Shown one piece after another: positions 63,110 to 64,000 of a DNA stretch of 64,000 bases. This DNA comes from an uncultured Desulfosarcina sp. (lineage in GTDB: Bacteria > Desulfobacterota > Desulfobacteria > Desulfobacterales > Desulfosarcinaceae). The notes under the pieces were generated by a model. That model worked only from the letters and a program-made list of their open reading frames with translations. It did not search any database and was not told the origin of the DNA. Location of the stretch: positions 1,888,001-1,952,000 of the forward strand of contig CAXXWQ010000004.1 in the NCBI GenBank assembly GCA_963674945.2. The letters run 5' to 3'. Each line of letters starts with the position of its first letter. Positions within the stretch are counted from its first letter, which is position 1. The position numbers were made by a program, and so were the translations under genes.

Positions 63110-63620
63110 TCGTATCAACTGCGGAACATCTTCATATGAGGGGTGAAACCTTTCGAAGGGCTTCACCCCATTTTTTTGCGACATTACGGTTTCTTGACCA
63201 TCCACAAACCCTCGCGGTGGACCTTTGCATGGATGAACGAATTGATGATATCTGGAAGATAAGCTCAGCGGGTGCCATAAGCGCAATTCGCGAAAGCGAG
63301 TGTTCGGCAATGTCTATTACTAAAGATGAATCTCAAATATGGCTGAACATTTGCGTAACCTCAACATTGATGTGTTTGGCAAGAAGGTCGATTTTTCATT
63401 TCTTCTTTTTCATAATAGAAGCTTTTTGGCCAGCCGAACTATCGCTGATGCTACCTGAGAAATCGGTTGAATGACGCGATATTTGGCAAAAACATAAATG
63501 AGTATAATGAAGATTAATGAGACAGAACTACTGGAAACTTGGAGAATGATTTCCCTGCGGCTTTCATTTATTTTATTATGCGAATATTTTTTAGTGACAG
63601 TCACAATACTTTCCATAAAA
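63110..63620 (-). pseudogene. heavily decayed chemoreceptor-like remnant
   Basis: TM plus HAMP-like start (RVIQPISQVASAIVRLA), then broken frames with VIDIAEH, RELR, SSMQRSTARV, GEALRKV; internal stops. Confidence 0.35.
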
Positions 63621-63854
63621 GTTGCAATCTGCAGAAGAGCCTTCACCCCATGACTAAGAAATTCAGGTTGTGAGTACGGATAAGGCCCCCCTTTCAATGC
63701 CAGAGGAAATATTGTATCCCTTTCCACATTTGACAAATGCACAATTCAGTATCAATTTTCAATGTATTACTGCGATACAGAACATCAATTCTTTTACTGC
63801 TATCCCAGCAACAGTTGTAGCAAAATAGAAAAGGCCCATACCCCAAAACCCGCA

Positions 63855-63965
63855 ATGAGTAACGTGAATATGGACAAAGAAAAGTTATCGGTCTCACCGA
63901 AGACGGCCCCATTCAAGGATGCTCTGAAATTTTGGACCAAACTGGGACTCATTAGCAGTCCTTAG
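63855..63965 (+). pseudogene. 5' fragment of a chromate transporter (ChrA family)
   Basis: PFKDALKFWTKLGLIS matches the ChrA start F..A..FW.KLG.ISFGG but ends in SP-stop instead of FGGP. Confidence 0.55.
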
Positions 63966-64000
63966 TGCTGCCTGAGTCATTCCCACTGGCAAAACACAAA

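Overview
The window is a 64-kb accessory and signalling-rich chromosomal segment of a GC-rich anaerobic bacterium. Gene content suggests Desulfobacterota, Desulfosarcina-like (inference). In order, it holds: a low-GC island (transglutaminase-like protein, SAM methyltransferase, gene remnant); a non-BioB radical SAM gene with an SsuABC-type importer; an ars operon (arsR-arsC-acr3 plus a CCG-domain Fe-S protein) interleaved with a MITE-like repeat; and a yejABEF-like peptide ABC operon. Next come a complete 2,456-bp IS with imperfect 17-bp TIRs and a 5-bp ATATT target duplication, a non-pyrrolysine MttB-family gene, a MalT-like regulator, fetAB-like genes and an internally deleted chemoreceptor. 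These are followed by a VIT/vWA VPEP-CTERM protein-exosortase-creB-creC operon preceded by four cre-tag repeats, several hybrid kinases, a PLD, and a sigma54 regulator with its -24/-12 promoter and an MCP. The last part has tandem CRP-type boxes ahead of a FecR-TPR-beta-barrel receptor with a small Cys-tailed partner, gntR-trpB-trpA, aroE-aroK, a PstS-like protein and pseudogene remnants. The best candidates for undescribed systems are the CreBC-controlled exosortase/VIT-vWA cassette, the mosaic NsrA-like receptor with its small protein, and the radical SAM/ABC unit. No rRNA, tRNA or CRISPR array was seen. All family assignments come from motif recognition; no database searches were run.
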